NCBI GenBank assembly: GCA_965644295.1
Contig: CBFFRP010000298.1
Location: 310,001-374,000 of the forward strand
DNA: 64,000 nucleotides
From: Paraphysomonas bandaiensis
Lineage: Eukaryota > Protista > Chrysophyceae
Reading direction: 5' to 3'
Shown here: positions 26,994 to 39,940 of the stretch, in pieces
How the letters are laid out: the number at the start of each line of letters is the position of its first letter
Numbering within the stretch: position 1 is the first letter of the stretch
Translations under genes and position numbers: made by a program
The notes under the pieces: generated by a model
What the model saw: only the letters and a program-made list of their open reading frames with translations
The model's database searches: none
What the model was told of the DNA's origin: nothing

Positions 26994-27662
26994 CACGGCT
27001 AGGAAACAATATATTGAATTGCAATACATTGTGCAATATATTGTAAAATATATTGATTGGTCGGCCGGCCAAAAATTCCATAAAGATTGTTTCTGTTAAA
27101 GTAGCTCACAATATATTGCAATATATTGCAATCAATATTATGATAGTCATACACCTGTAGGGTGCAAAATGGATATAAATAACCGAGAAATTGATTACAT
27201 CATTACAAAGGATGATGAAGCTGATGTTCACTATGCGACTAAAAAATTCAGTCAGCAGCTCAAAAAATTAAGAAACGTACAGATCCACGAGTCATTAACG
27301 GTTGCTAGGCCCTGGTATGTACTTCCAATATATGGGAACCTCTGTTCAGCGCAGCTAAACATATCACATTAGTGTTGGGCAAAAGTATCCATCCTACTTA
27401 ATATATGCTGTTGTTTCTGAAAGCTATTCGACAGTTATGGCCGGATACTAGCATATTTCAAGTAATTCTGTGGATGAATATGGTGATGTTGACGTCACCG
27501 ACGATGATGGCTCAGATGATGAGGACGAGGTGAATTTTTAGTAGCTATAAGCAGCAGTTGTTTTGGTTGTCATGTGATTTTAATGACTAATACTAAAAAT
27601 AAAATCTTACTGATTAGTCATACTAATATATTGCAATATGGCAATATATTGTTAGAGAGCGT
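26994..27662 (+). mobile_element. Internally deleted hAT transposon with a transposase C-terminal (dimerization domain) remnant
   Basis: 27321-27470 translates TSNIWEPLFSAAKHITLVLGKSIHPT*YMLLFLKAIRQLW, matching hAT 'TSNxxERLFS...MLLFLKxN' with a stop codon, followed by an acidic tail. CAATATATTG subterminal repeats cluster at both ends. Exact termini are uncertain. Confidence 0.75.
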
Positions 27663-27883
27663 TCCATCAATACAAACAGGATTTTAAGCAATGATGGAGA
27701 TTTTAAACAGGCCTGCGTATAAAACTATTGCTAAATGAGAGCGAGTAATCACTTGCGTAGATTTCATATTTAGTACAAGTTGTTAAGATCACATGAGAAC
27801 GAAACCACTATGCTGTCAGACAAAGACGACCCTCTTACAAAACCATGATTTGTGATGTTAGCATCATCACATTCATTCAAAAT

Positions 27884-28144
27884 AATAAAGAATTGATCAT
27901 TATAATAGTAAAACAATGTTGTGATTATTAAAGTGTAAGTAATGTACACGATAGAGTGAAAATTTCGAATAACAATATAGAACATAGCTATCATGCACAA
28001 CGGAATAGTTAGAAGTGTAACTGATAATAACGACGATATGAGGACGATCACGTATCTTCGACAGATAGTCTCTCTAATTTCATGGTATATTTCATGAACA
28101 TAATAACTCGCAGATACAATTATGTATTAAGCTGAATCCAAATA
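27884..28144 (-). mobile_element. Solo LTR of the copia family at 30111-35864 (diverged)
   Basis: Aligns end to end with the 266-bp LTRs with scattered substitutions and small indels; flanks AAAAT / ATAAT are a probable 5-bp TSD with 1 mismatch. Confidence 0.9.
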
Positions 28145-28417
28145 ATAATTAATCGAACAGCATGCATCCGTCCACAACTGTCGATGTCTATATTAAACTA
28201 CATATAAATATAACATTTAGTGCTCTTTACGAAATTTTGCTTTAGCCTATATCATGGCAACACTTTTATATGTTCAACAGAACCAAGAGAAAACTACCTT
28301 GGTTGGCATTACTAACTCACATACGATCATTTCTATTCAACCGAAACATTAAATATAATACATATACACTGGAACAAAAACAAGTACACAGCAATCTCTG
28401 TTATCCATTGAAAGTGT

Positions 28418-28433
28418 GGTGTTCAAAAACACC
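28418..28433 (-). promoter_or_regulatory. Histone mRNA 3' stem-loop (H3)
   Basis: GGTGTT-TTTG-AACACC: 6-bp stem and 4-nt loop, 32 nt after the stop, flanked by AAAATA and ACA. Confidence 0.85.
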
Positions 28434-28465
28434 TATTTTTGTTTTATTTCGTGATGAAGAGATAT

Positions 28466-28900
<435 letters not shown>

Positions 28901-29172
28901 TCACTTTACAATCAAGAGAATTGTGTATGAAATCCTCACTTCATCTTCAGCTCCACGACTTCAGGTTGGTGTCTGTCTTCTCAAGATACTGTGCATCTTT
29001 GAATTAATGAAATCCAGGTTTGAAAAAATCAACATTGGGAGATGCTATTTTTTTTACTTTCATTTTCCTGTGACGGTTCAAGATATGCTTATTCAAATAG
29101 GAATGGATTTTTGTTTGTTGTTTGAGAAGGAAGCACAAATATCAAATCAGTGATCTGTTAAGTATCTAATAA

Positions 29173-29496
<324 letters not shown>

Positions 29497-29538
29497 GCAC
29501 TATCACCTTCTCCCAGACGATTCTATATACAATCAAAT

Positions 29539-29554
29539 GGTGTTTTTCAACACC
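29539..29554 (+). promoter_or_regulatory. Histone mRNA 3' stem-loop (H4)
   Basis: GGTGTT-TTTC-AACACC preceded by CAAAT and followed by ACC. Confidence 0.88.
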
Positions 29555-29712
29555 ACCTATTATGGAACATATATTCACTATGATTGATTTGTATTATTTT
29601 TCTTATCTAGTAGACTGTTTCATATCAGCATAGGGCACTTCTCAGGGATTCTTTATTAGTGTTATATATACGTTTGGCATGCGACAAGTTAGAGTGCAAC
29701 ATAAGTGATTGA

Positions 29713-29890
29713 GTCATGGAATGTTGAGTATTTCTGTTCGAGAACAATTACGAGCGAGTTATGAGTGTTAATTGAGGAGTACAGATGATCTAGGGTCAGC
29801 AAGACCGATTTCTCTGATAGATCGATGCACGAGATGAGCATGACTCTGTGCAGAAACCCGGACTTCCTCAGCTGCCCTTGGTGTCTGTCG
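29713..29890 (+). repeat. Unclassified repeat 'X' (other copies 29964-30005 +, 39636-39848 -, 40791-40912 -)
   Basis: Shared strings GGAATGTTGA, GTTAATTGA..AGTACAG..GATCTAGGGTC, CAGAAACC.GGACTTCCTCAGCTGCCCTTG and GTGAAAGACCCCGACTGTGA. Confidence 0.8.
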
Positions 29891-30110
29891 TTTAAATCGA
29901 GCTGGCATTTTTCTTTATAGAGCCATGTGTTTTCGTATGATTCAGTATACATGGACGATTGCGAGGTGAAAGACCCCGACTGTGATCATTGGAATGTTGA
30001 GTTTTGGAATATGAGGAATTATATTCTGTAGTTCAACGTTATTTTAATTACAACTGTTAATAGAAGAATTCAGAAGTGGAGAAGTTGTTAACTGTATTAT
30101 GAGAACTAAT

Positions 30111-30376
30111 AATGAAGAATTGATCTTTATAATAGTAAAACGATGTTGTGATTATTAGAGTGTAAGTAAAGAACACGATAGAGTGAAAAATTATGAATAA
30201 CAATATAGAACGTACTATCATGCACAACGGAATAGTTAGAAGTGTAACTGATAATGACGACGTTATGATGACGATCACGTATCTTCGACAGATACTCTCT
30301 CTAATTCAGTTCATGGTATATTTCATTGAACATTATAACTCACAGATATAATCATGTATTAAGCTGAATCCTAATA
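30111..30376 (-). repeat. 3' LTR of the copia element
   Basis: Identical by eye to 35599-35864; preceded on the minus strand by the polypurine tract TTGAGGGGGCG (30377-30387). Confidence 0.95.
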
Positions 30377-30576
30377 CGCCCCCTCAATGAAATAATCAGT
30401 GAACCGTAGATAATAGAGAGAATATGAACTTATGCACACTGAGAGTAAAAACCAGAGTAGCAGTCACTAGTCAATAATGAGCGAACTGCAGAGATGCCAT
30501 ATTGTGAGACCATCCTTCTAGTCCAGCATCATGTATTGAATAAAAGTAAAAAAAAATGGTAAAAACTCCGTGTAAC

Positions 30577-33500
30577 TCAAACTAGCCACCTAGGTCGCTT
30601 GTGGTTTGTTAATTGTGATTTAGGTGTCTCTGAGGTTGTTGATCGCTTCCTGTTGCTGCTGGATGGGATGTCGAACCCAGCTCCCCCCATCAATGTAGTT
30701 CGCAATTGAAGAAAATTAGTTGTTCCTAGTGGTTTCGTGAGAAGATCGGCTAACATTGACGTGGTGGGAATATGGTCAACAGTCAATTGGTTTTCGGCAA
30801 TATTTTCTCGAATGAAATGATACCGTATTGCAATATGTTTCGTACGACGATGATGAGTAGGATTGTAACATAATTGGACTGCCCCTTTATTATCGCACCA
30901 AATAGTTGTTGAGAATGGAAGTTTGAAACCAATTTCTGATAATAAAGAGCGTAGCCATAATGCTTCCTGAGCTGCTGACGATAGAGCCATATACTCAGCT
31001 TCAGTAGATGACAATGCCACAGTTGTCTGTAATCGAGATTGCCATGATATAAGACAATTACCTATGAAGAATGTAAAGGCTGTAGTGGATCGTCGAGTGA
31101 GGTGACACCGTGCCCAATCGCTATCGCAGTATCCTGACAATGTTATGTGGGATCCAGAATATATCAATTCTGCTTAGCAGTGCCTTTGAGATACCTAAGA
31201 ACATGTAACGCAGCATTACAGGTAGTTAGATTAGGCATATCAGAAAATCTGGCAAGAGTATTGACTGCGTAGGCGATATCCGGTCGAGTGCAAACAGTTA
31301 GATACATCAGGGAACCTACGAGCTCCTTGTAGGGGAAATTCTGAACATAACTTTGATTTGACTCTGAAAGATGATTGTATTCATGTAAATCATAGTTGAA
31401 AGACAGTAACATAGGTGTTGACATGGGTTTACTGTTAGACATGTTGAATTTGTCCAGTAGTTTCCTGACGTACTGCTCCTGACTGAGAGTCGTGATATTT
31501 TTGTCAAAGTCTTGGTGAATGGAGATGCCCAAGTAATAGTCTAGGAGTCCGAGATCCGTAATTTCGAACTTTTTGGATAAATGGTCTTTGAATTGTTGGA
31601 TATCAGTGTCGGATGTAGATGCTATAATAATATCATCCACATACATGGCTATTAGCATAATCCTGCCATTAATCTGCTTTTTGAATATACACGGGTCAGA
31701 TATTAGTCTGGTGAAACCCATATCTAGCATAAAATTTGTACAGCACTTATACCAGTTAAGACCTGCTTGCTTTAGACCGTAGATGCTTTTCATCAGTTTG
31801 AGGACTTTTCCGTCAGGGACGTCCATGCCAGGGGGGATGCATGTATATGTCCTCTTCGAGGTCAGCATTGATGTACGCAGTTGTGAAATCGATTTGGTGC
31901 AATTTGAGTTTCATAATAGTCGAAAGGGCAATAATTGTACGTAGTGATGTAGCCTTCGCGACGGGGCTGTATGTATCATTGTAATCGATGCCTTGGATTT
32001 GAGTAAAACCCTGTGCGACTAGTCGAGCCTTGAATTTGATATCATTCTGTTTTCTTTTTATTTTGAATATGAGTTTCCCCTTTATGGCTCTTGCTCCAGG
32101 TGGTAACGCAGTGTATCTCCAGCACCCTTTCCTCTGAAGAGTGGATATTTCTCTATTGATAGCATCGATCCACTGCTGTTTATATTTACCTGAAATAGCA
32201 TCTTGAACACTCTTTGGTGTATCGGTTAGCTCGTCAATGTCATCGCAATTACTGATAGCATGCATAACAATATCAATATTGTTTGTATGTAATTTTGATA
32301 TACATTGTGTGTCATGTGCCATATGATTTACTACATGTTTGGCATTTACATCACATGTATATACACCATCACCAAGTTTATGTATATTTACAATTACCCG
32401 TTTCCTGGCCATTCTCTTGCTTCGGAGAACACTCTTTTTACCAGCTAAAAATTGTTGTTTTGCTGTTGCACGGACCTTACTTGGCCCTTCAGGTGTATCC
32501 TGATTTTCCCAATCTCCCGATGAATCAGCAGGCTTGTTGCAGCGTTTGGCCACACGCTGACGCACACGATCCACTTGACCGTGTGGTGCCGGATTCGGCA
32601 CTTGATTCCCATTGAATTTTTTCGGAGGGCGAGTCTTCGCTATCTTTGCATCGGAGTGGGTAGGTTCACACCGATGGCTGCTGATTCTCTCCTGCGCGGC
32701 ATCATGATGTCTTAGGTTCACGCCACTCCCCCTGGAAGTAGCGTCTGGCGCTGGAGATCCATTAACTGTATCGGGGTCTCGATCTGATTTGCTGGATTTA
32801 TGTATTGGATTTTTCGATCGAGAAGTATTACATTTGAGACCAACTGCTTTGAGTTCAATGTAGTCTTCAGTATACTTTTCGACGTCTGCAGCATGAATGG
32901 GGTCTTCGAGCTGGATGAGTCGTGTCTTGTCACCGTTGTCGTCCACTAGACCACGATACGCTGCGATTAATCCTTTTCTGAGCTTTATTTGAGTCGTTAC
33001 ATATGTTAATCCATCGTCTGGATCTACATGAGCTAGACCTATGAGATATTTGAAACTTTCTACTGTCCTGGAGGTCTCATTCTCTCTGAAGATCTCATTT
33101 ATCTCCTTAAAATATCTCTTATCCGCTGGTGGAACACATTCGTTGAAAAATACATGTCCTGATATAACAAAGTCTCTTAATGCGGGAACAAAGACTATAT
33201 ATCCAGGACCATCCTCTCGATAGCCCATAAAATACCCTGGCCAGCTATGTCTGTCCCAGTTGTTCTTTCGGAGACTGGAATCGATATTCACAAAGCATTT
33301 ACATCCCCATATTCTGGCATAACTCAAGTCTGGTATTTCGTTTTCGATGAATTGGAGTGGGGACATGAATCCTTTAGCAGTTTTGCAAGGTAGTCTGTTC
33401 TTCATGTGTGTGGATGTCTTCATGGCTTGTTCCCAGAAATTCGTTGGAAGACCTGAATCCATCAAGCTACTAAGTGCTCGTTCTTTGATGGTTCTCCATG

Positions 33501-35589
33501 GTCGCTCTTGAAATGGGTTGTCCTCGGGAGTATAGGGAGCGTTAAAAGTCCATGTTGCTCCAATGTATTGGAGATATTCCAATACTTTTCGTGAGACTAG
33601 TTCCTTCCCTCCATCGGCATGGTAATGTTGTAGTTGTTTACCCCTACTGCGTAGATACGTGACGACTTTCTGGATGGATTGGATAACGAAATTTTCATCT
33701 CTTGTTGTTCCGTAGAAATCCCACTGGTACCTTGATGCTACATCGGCGATCCCAAGTACATATCGATTTCCGGTAATAATTGCATCGGGTGTATGTGGTC
33801 CTGAGAAATCGGCTACTATGAGCTCCCCCAGCTCCTTTGCCCTTCTCATTCTTTTCAACAACATTTGGCGGGTGGCATTCCTGTGCTTTCGTCTATGTGA
33901 TTTCCCAGTCGCACATCCATCGCATAAACCGCCAGGTAGGGAGGCAACACTCATCTCCTCTTTTGTCATCTTGACACCAGTTATTAGACGTGATTTTATT
34001 GCCTTCTGTATGAGTCCAAGTGATGCATGTGCTAGTCTCTTATGTGCTAACAGTGCGGGTTGACCTGAGGCAGTTGATGCGAGGTGAGATTCATCAGTGG
34101 GAATACCGAGGTCTGATAGTGGAATTTCGTATAGGCCTCCAACGCGCTGGCCTTTCGATAGCAATATGCCGTCTTTAAATATTTCCACTGACTGGTTTCT
34201 GAATATGATTTCATGTCCGAGATCATCCGGTTGGCTAATAGAAATGAGGGTCCTAGACGCTTGGTCCACGTGTTTGCACTTGGGAATGATTCCAAGTCTT
34301 CCATGACCTGAGGATATCATTGTAGACCCTGATTTGGCTGTTTGAATCTCGGTGAGGCAATCAGTGTAGTCCGTAAGGTAGCTTGCTTCTGATGTAATTG
34401 ATACTGTGCACCCCGAGTCAAGAGATCCCATTCCTGCCTTTTGGTCACTAACGAAGTGTGATTCATCGCTCGGTGTGTAAGCAACTCCTCCGTAGTCTCG
34501 TCCTTTTTGATAGTCTGACGATGGACCGCTGTCTTCATAATTTGCAAGTTGATCAGAGTGGTCGTGGAAATATTCGTTACTCTGAGTCTGGAATTTCACT
34601 CTCTTGAATTTCGGTTTTCCTCTTGTTGATGACTTGTTGTCGGAGGAGCTTTTCATCTCTTGAATCTTCTCCCAGGAGTGCTTGCATTCCGATGCAATGT
34701 GCCCCTTTCCTCCGCATCTGAAGCACTTAATGTCTTTATCGGTTCTCTTATCATGTTTCTGTTTATTGGAGCGATATTTGGAAGATGTCCCCCTTTTTCG
34801 CTTAAAATTGACTTTGCTGCGGGAAAATGGGGTTTTTGATGCTGCGAGGTGACTACTGTCAGTTTTTGTGTCTTCATTGTTGGATGATAGGAGCGTTCCA
34901 ACAGACGAGCTTCCTAACCCGCGAAGTCTGCGAATCAATACTTTATAATCATCAATTGGATGTAGCTGCAGATTAATTGCCAATTCTCGGTAAACCATGT
35001 TATCTTCTGAAACAATTCCCTGTCGTATTCGGGATATTAAGTCTTGGTCGTTGATCCGATGACCATAATTGATAAGCTTGTTTTTGAGTTTTTCGATAGC
35101 GTCAAGAAAATTGATTATTGACTGACCTTTTTTGATTTTTAGGCTCTGAAATTGACCAATCAGGTCGGTGATTACATCATTTGTCGTTTTTTCCTTGAAG
35201 TGGGCTAGCAGATCGGTCCAGGCGGTTTTTCCGTCTCCATCGGGGACGTTTTCCAAAATCCCTTCGGCCTCTTCATCCTGACCAATGACAGCGCTCGAAA
35301 TGACAGACCATAGGTAGTTATTACCTTCATCATAATATCGTTTCGTTTCGTGATACTGGTCGAGTCGATATTGGTAATCTTCGTCATCTGAAATCTCTCC
35401 TTCTTCAGGTTCAGTTGGATGATCGTTTTGTAGGGTATAAACGATCTTGGGCTTTCTGTAAAACCATGCACGGCACTTCTTCTGCCACTTGGAGAAGTTC
35501 TTCGCGTCGAACTTTGGCATTGAGTCTTTCTGTTTTTCGGTTGTTGAATCCGAGTCGGTTGAGTCGTAACTTGTAACTTTAACTACCAT
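30577..35589 (-). pseudogene. Copia gag-pol polyprotein split by two frameshifts (about 31833 and 31168)
   Basis: Gag PKFDAKNFSKW, zinc knuckle CFRCGGKGHIASEC, protease LDSGCT, integrase AHKRLAH..CDGC and D-D-E (ADFSG, HADGGKEL, QERPWRT), RT KARLVAQG/YGLKQAG/YVDD, RNase H GYCDSDWA and RTKHIAIRYHF. Confidence 0.93.
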
Positions 35590-35598
35590 CCGCTACCA
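35589..35598 (-). promoter_or_regulatory. Primer-binding site TGGTAGCGGA (probably tRNA-Met 3' end)
   Basis: TGG-initiated sequence abutting the 5' LTR and complementary to ...UCCGCUACCA. Confidence 0.8.
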
Positions 35599-35864
35599 AA
35601 TGAAGAATTGATCTTTATAATAGTAAAACGATGTTGTGATTATTAGAGTGTAAGTAAAGAACACGATAGAGTGAAAAATTATGAATAACAATATAGAACG
35701 TACTATCATGCACAACGGAATAGTTAGAAGTGTAACTGATAATGACGACGTTATGATGACGATCACGTATCTTCGACAGATACTCTCTCTAATTCAGTTC
35801 ATGGTATATTTCATTGAACATTATAACTCACAGATATAATCATGTATTAAGCTGAATCCTAATA
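35599..35864 (-). repeat. 5' LTR of the copia element
   Basis: Identical by eye to 30111-30376. Confidence 0.95.
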
Positions 35865-35959
35865 CTAATATCACGATAGCAATCATAATATAGCTACCTC
35901 AACTGACTTTTCATTCCAGAGGTGACGGTTGATGCGTAAAAGCATCGCTAATTCCAAAT

Positions 35960-36113
35960 CAGGGATCCGATAACCATTAATGGCCCATTAATGGTAGTCC
36001 AGTTCCCTTAATTACTATTTTTTAGTTAAATAGCAGACTACAAATTTTAACACTTCTCGCTCTCTACTACCGGCAATTATAATGGCATTACCATTAATGG
36101 TTAGCAGGCCCTG
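35960..36113. mobile_element. hAT-type MITE, same family as 26801-26946
   Basis: CAGGGATCCGATAACCATTAATGG ... CCATTAATGGTTAGCAGGCCCTG; TSD TTCCAAAT / CTCCAAAT; shares GCCCATTAATGGTAGTCCAGTTCC with the 26801 copy. Confidence 0.85.
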
Positions 36114-37149
36114 CTCCAAATGCCGAGGAGTCATATAATTGACTACAACCTGCGTCAATTAATTGATACGCAGCTCTGAGAGGTAGATAACATGAATTTG
36201 GAGATTGACAGTGAATGATATGTGAAATTGATAAAAATTTTACTCTAGGTTTCTTATATATAATTAAAACATTAAGTGGTACATTTAAATTGAGCTGGTA
36301 ATTTGCAGCCTTGCATTTTCGTAGGTGGATCACACTTATATAGATACGTCACAGCGAGGTTTCATAGATACGTTGTTTGCTTCTGATCAACACAACAATC
36401 ACGGCCCACACCCAACCCAATGCTACATACCTGTAATAGTATATATTGTAAATTGTAATAGCGTCATCTTTCATTCTCATGTCACCATATGGAGCTTATG
36501 TGTCTGTGAACGACATACGATGTCTCTGTGGGGTACAATCCTACTATTATGCATAACTTTATGATATCATTGGACATAGTTTCAAGTACATCAATCACAG
36601 AAGACTGGAATTCGGAAGACATTTTTCATTCATTTGATCTGTGTTATCGTCTATTGTGCAGTATAACTGCAGCTCGACACACACGAATACACAGCTCCTT
36701 ATCATTCATGACACCACTCACGAAGCAAAACCTCTACATCTCACATAATCATATTAACAGCAAAGCTGAATGGGCCACACAATACATTGTCAGCTATGAC
36801 CTCGTGTTTCCTGCCCCAGACATGGCTGTGGCCTGAGTTTGTCCATCCAGTACTGAATGTGCCCATCATGATCGAGAACAGTAACGCATTGATTCTATAG
36901 AGAATGTCCTGTCAATATTTCGCGACTGTATTTCAAAAAGTAGGGATTTTCAAAGTCTATTTGATCAAAATATACTGAATATAGTTCTGTACAGCTAAGC
37001 GAGCTGTGTGCCAAGATACTGACTGTACTATACACATATGTCTACATCTAGAGTTCAAACCCCCTCATTGTCTCTTATAACACTAGAAGATGTGCCTGTG
37101 TGACCTATGAGTCTCAGTGTGGTATATATCATACTCCCATAACCCCTCC

Positions 37150-39227
37150 ATGTCACTCTATACATCACACGATAACCAATCTCCTTGTAAGTACTCCAGG
37201 AGGTCATCTATCACAAGACAGGATCGTTTATCGTCTGCGAATCCACTGTCATTAGATTCACGGCTCACAGAATTTATTCTGATTACTGGAGAAGACTATA
37301 CTGATAGTTTCATATCACTACCGGCCACTTATTATCAGATCAGAAATACAGCGAGGAACAATAGAGGCCTCCAGTCAGATGTGGCCAGAAGGAAGTGGTG
37401 GCCAGTGTTTTTAAAAGTTGCTAATAAAGAGGATGTTATGGGTTTGCCAGACACAGTACAGACTGCACAACGGAGGTACGCGTGGGGAATACGACAATCA
37501 CAGGATACGAACAATATTAGTGCGGATAGTGTAGACATATCTTGGTGCACTGTCCCTCCTGAAGATATCACAGAAAGCGTGATTCGTATGTTAATACGAC
37601 ATTATGATATTCCTTTTCCTTTGATGTTGCAACCTCTAATTCTCCACCTCTCAGAAACGATTTGTAACACTGCTATTCTGTTTTCAATGATGTGCGATAT
37701 TCTGGACAGGCCGCAGTGGTTCATTCAACCTTCTTTATCCCACCACCGGGCACGACTGGCTGTATTTCGCTCCCAAGTGCAGCGCATTCTTCCCACTACT
37801 TATGGTGTATTAGATTCCATTGGGGCATTGGAAGAGAAAGGCCTGAACATCATTTTTGTGGACTTATTAACTACCGTATTACCACCAGAAGCAGCTGACG
37901 TCGTGGTGAGTTGCGTGCTATATATGCTATTCTTTGGAACAATATATGCTGTGAATATTCACTATGACCGTGCTGTATACTGTAGTAACTGTTTTGTTTT
38001 ATATGCTATAACAATAAATCTTTTTAGATGGATATGTTTCTTCTCGAGGGAATTAAAGCCATATTCCGATATGGACTTGCTCTGATAAAACTACATAAAC
38101 AACAAATTAAAGGCGGAATATATTGGTATTTCGTTTGTATTTTCTGTTTCAGGCTTTTAATGAAGAAACTTTACATATATATGCAGCACAGGAGATGAGT
38201 TTTGGGGAGCTATGATGCGTTACAAGGACCACTCCGCCAAACTAGACTTCGAGAAACTACATAACTATGCATACGACTTGAACCAGCACATTGTCTCAAA
38301 GTATATTGTTCCTAGTAAGTGGTAGATAAGGTGTATGTTGTATACAGTACGTTTTTATGAACAGGACCTACGCAGTCCAACTTTCACAACGTTTCACATT
38401 TTATGCCCAATAATATAGTTGATGTCTGCTTTCGTTCAGGTAGGGCTGAACTACAAGATGCAGAGTCGCGCATGTTATCACTGCTATCTGAGAATGACGC
38501 TACTGCCCCTCTAGTTTTGTCGACAAATTTTTCATTCGTTGAACACCACTGTGGCTGTATGTCGACGGGAAGCACGGTATTAACAAGCACGTATGCGGAA
38601 AGACTTACTTCCATGCTACCATCACATATTTCGACGAGTTCATTAGTGCGAGTGTTTGCCACCCACACCCACGGATGGAATCTACACACACTGTATACCC
38701 ATCTTGTTGGCTTGTCGCCATGTGTCATAACAGTACGAGCTCGAGATTCTCAAGCTGTAATAGGTGTCCTGGTCTGTGCTCCAATATCTCCCCCCAACAA
38801 TCAAATCAGAGGTACTGGAGAAGGAAAAATATTTAGATTGGACACAGAACCTGCAGGTGTTTGTTACCCGTGGGTTCTCAGTACAAGCAATAGTAACTCA
38901 AGTTCCCCAATCAGTGACAGGGAGTTATTGGAGCCTGATGTCAGTGCTGACTCTGCTACTGTATCTCAGTTCGCAATGTGTACCGTAGAATATATGTCAT
39001 TTGGTGGATCTGCCAAGCATGCAACGAATGCGATACATCTCAGCTGCGATCTTACTCGATGCGAGACAGGGCACTCTGATACTTACAACAACCCATCTCT
39101 GGTACCAGTGAATAACACTCATAGTGGAGGGTTTGAAGTGGGGGATGTTGAAGTGTATTGCACAATAAAGAGTGTGAAAGAACGAGAGTGCACCTATAGG
39201 GATATTATCAGTTCGCGCAGTCCATAG
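37150..39227 (+). CDS. TLDc-domain protein with probable N-terminal degenerate TBC domain (TBC1D24-like); start uncertain
   Basis: Last exon has TLDc motifs VFATHTHGWNLHTLY, AVIGV, GTGEGKIFRL, MSFGGS, DLTRCETGHSDTYNNPSL, FEVGDVEVY. Upstream helical exons include VV|MDMFLLEGIKAIFRYGLAL, which is TBC-like. Confidence 0.8.
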
Positions 39228-39940
39228 AAACGGTGGATGTCGATCATAATTATCTGTTTGTTTAAACGTATCGATGTTCCTCAGTACTCATCTAATAGTG
39301 TTTTTTGTTGACTAGTCTGGAGTATTTGTTTTCATCTATATACGGTGTCGTTTACTTTTTGTATTTTAATATAGTGTTCGCACTTACAGTTGCTGAAGTA
39401 ACTGACATCTTTAGTAAAACTAGGTTTAAGAATATAGCTTATATAGTATATAGAGTAGATACAAATATATGAAATAGGTGGTTATGTCATCCATAATATA
39501 ATATTTCCCATAATCATATATACATACCATATATCTTCTAGAAATATATTCAAACTTCGAAAACACAAAAATTACTCCCCACTCCGTTAAACGTTAAACT
39601 ATCTCCTCACCTTGCCATCACCTTTCTTCCACAAACATCCAAGGGCAGCTGAGGAAGTCCTGGTTTCTGCTAAGAGTCATTCTCATCTCGTGCATAGATC
39701 TATCAGAGATCAGAGTATTTGATCTTGCAGACCCTAGATCTTCTGTCGTCTGTACTCTTCAATTAACAGTCATAACACAAGTATAGCTTTTAATTGCTCT
39801 CAAACAGGAAAACTCAACATTTCAATGATCACAGTCGGGGTCTTTCACAAGGATCAATAGTGTATATATATTATTTATATTGAAAGTCTTATTATTTAGC
39901 AATAGACGTTAAAATCTGCACCAATGTAGTGGCTAGTTGA

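Larger units (their letters stand above)
30111..35864 (-). mobile_element. Full-length Ty1/copia LTR retrotransposon, recent insertion
   Basis: Two apparently identical 266-bp LTRs, TSD CTAAT (30106-30110 / 35865-35869), PBS, PPT and gag-PR-IN-RT-RH domain order. Confidence 0.97.

Noticed and set aside
27770-28051. Hydrophobic ORFs MIVLISS... and MIVIITS... (30057-30278)
   Set aside because: They lie within the AT-rich LTR sequence, use non-ATG starts and end at different points in host DNA.
39646-39680. CTGAGGA motif in repeat X as a hammerhead core
   Set aside because: No downstream GAAA or stem II/III found.
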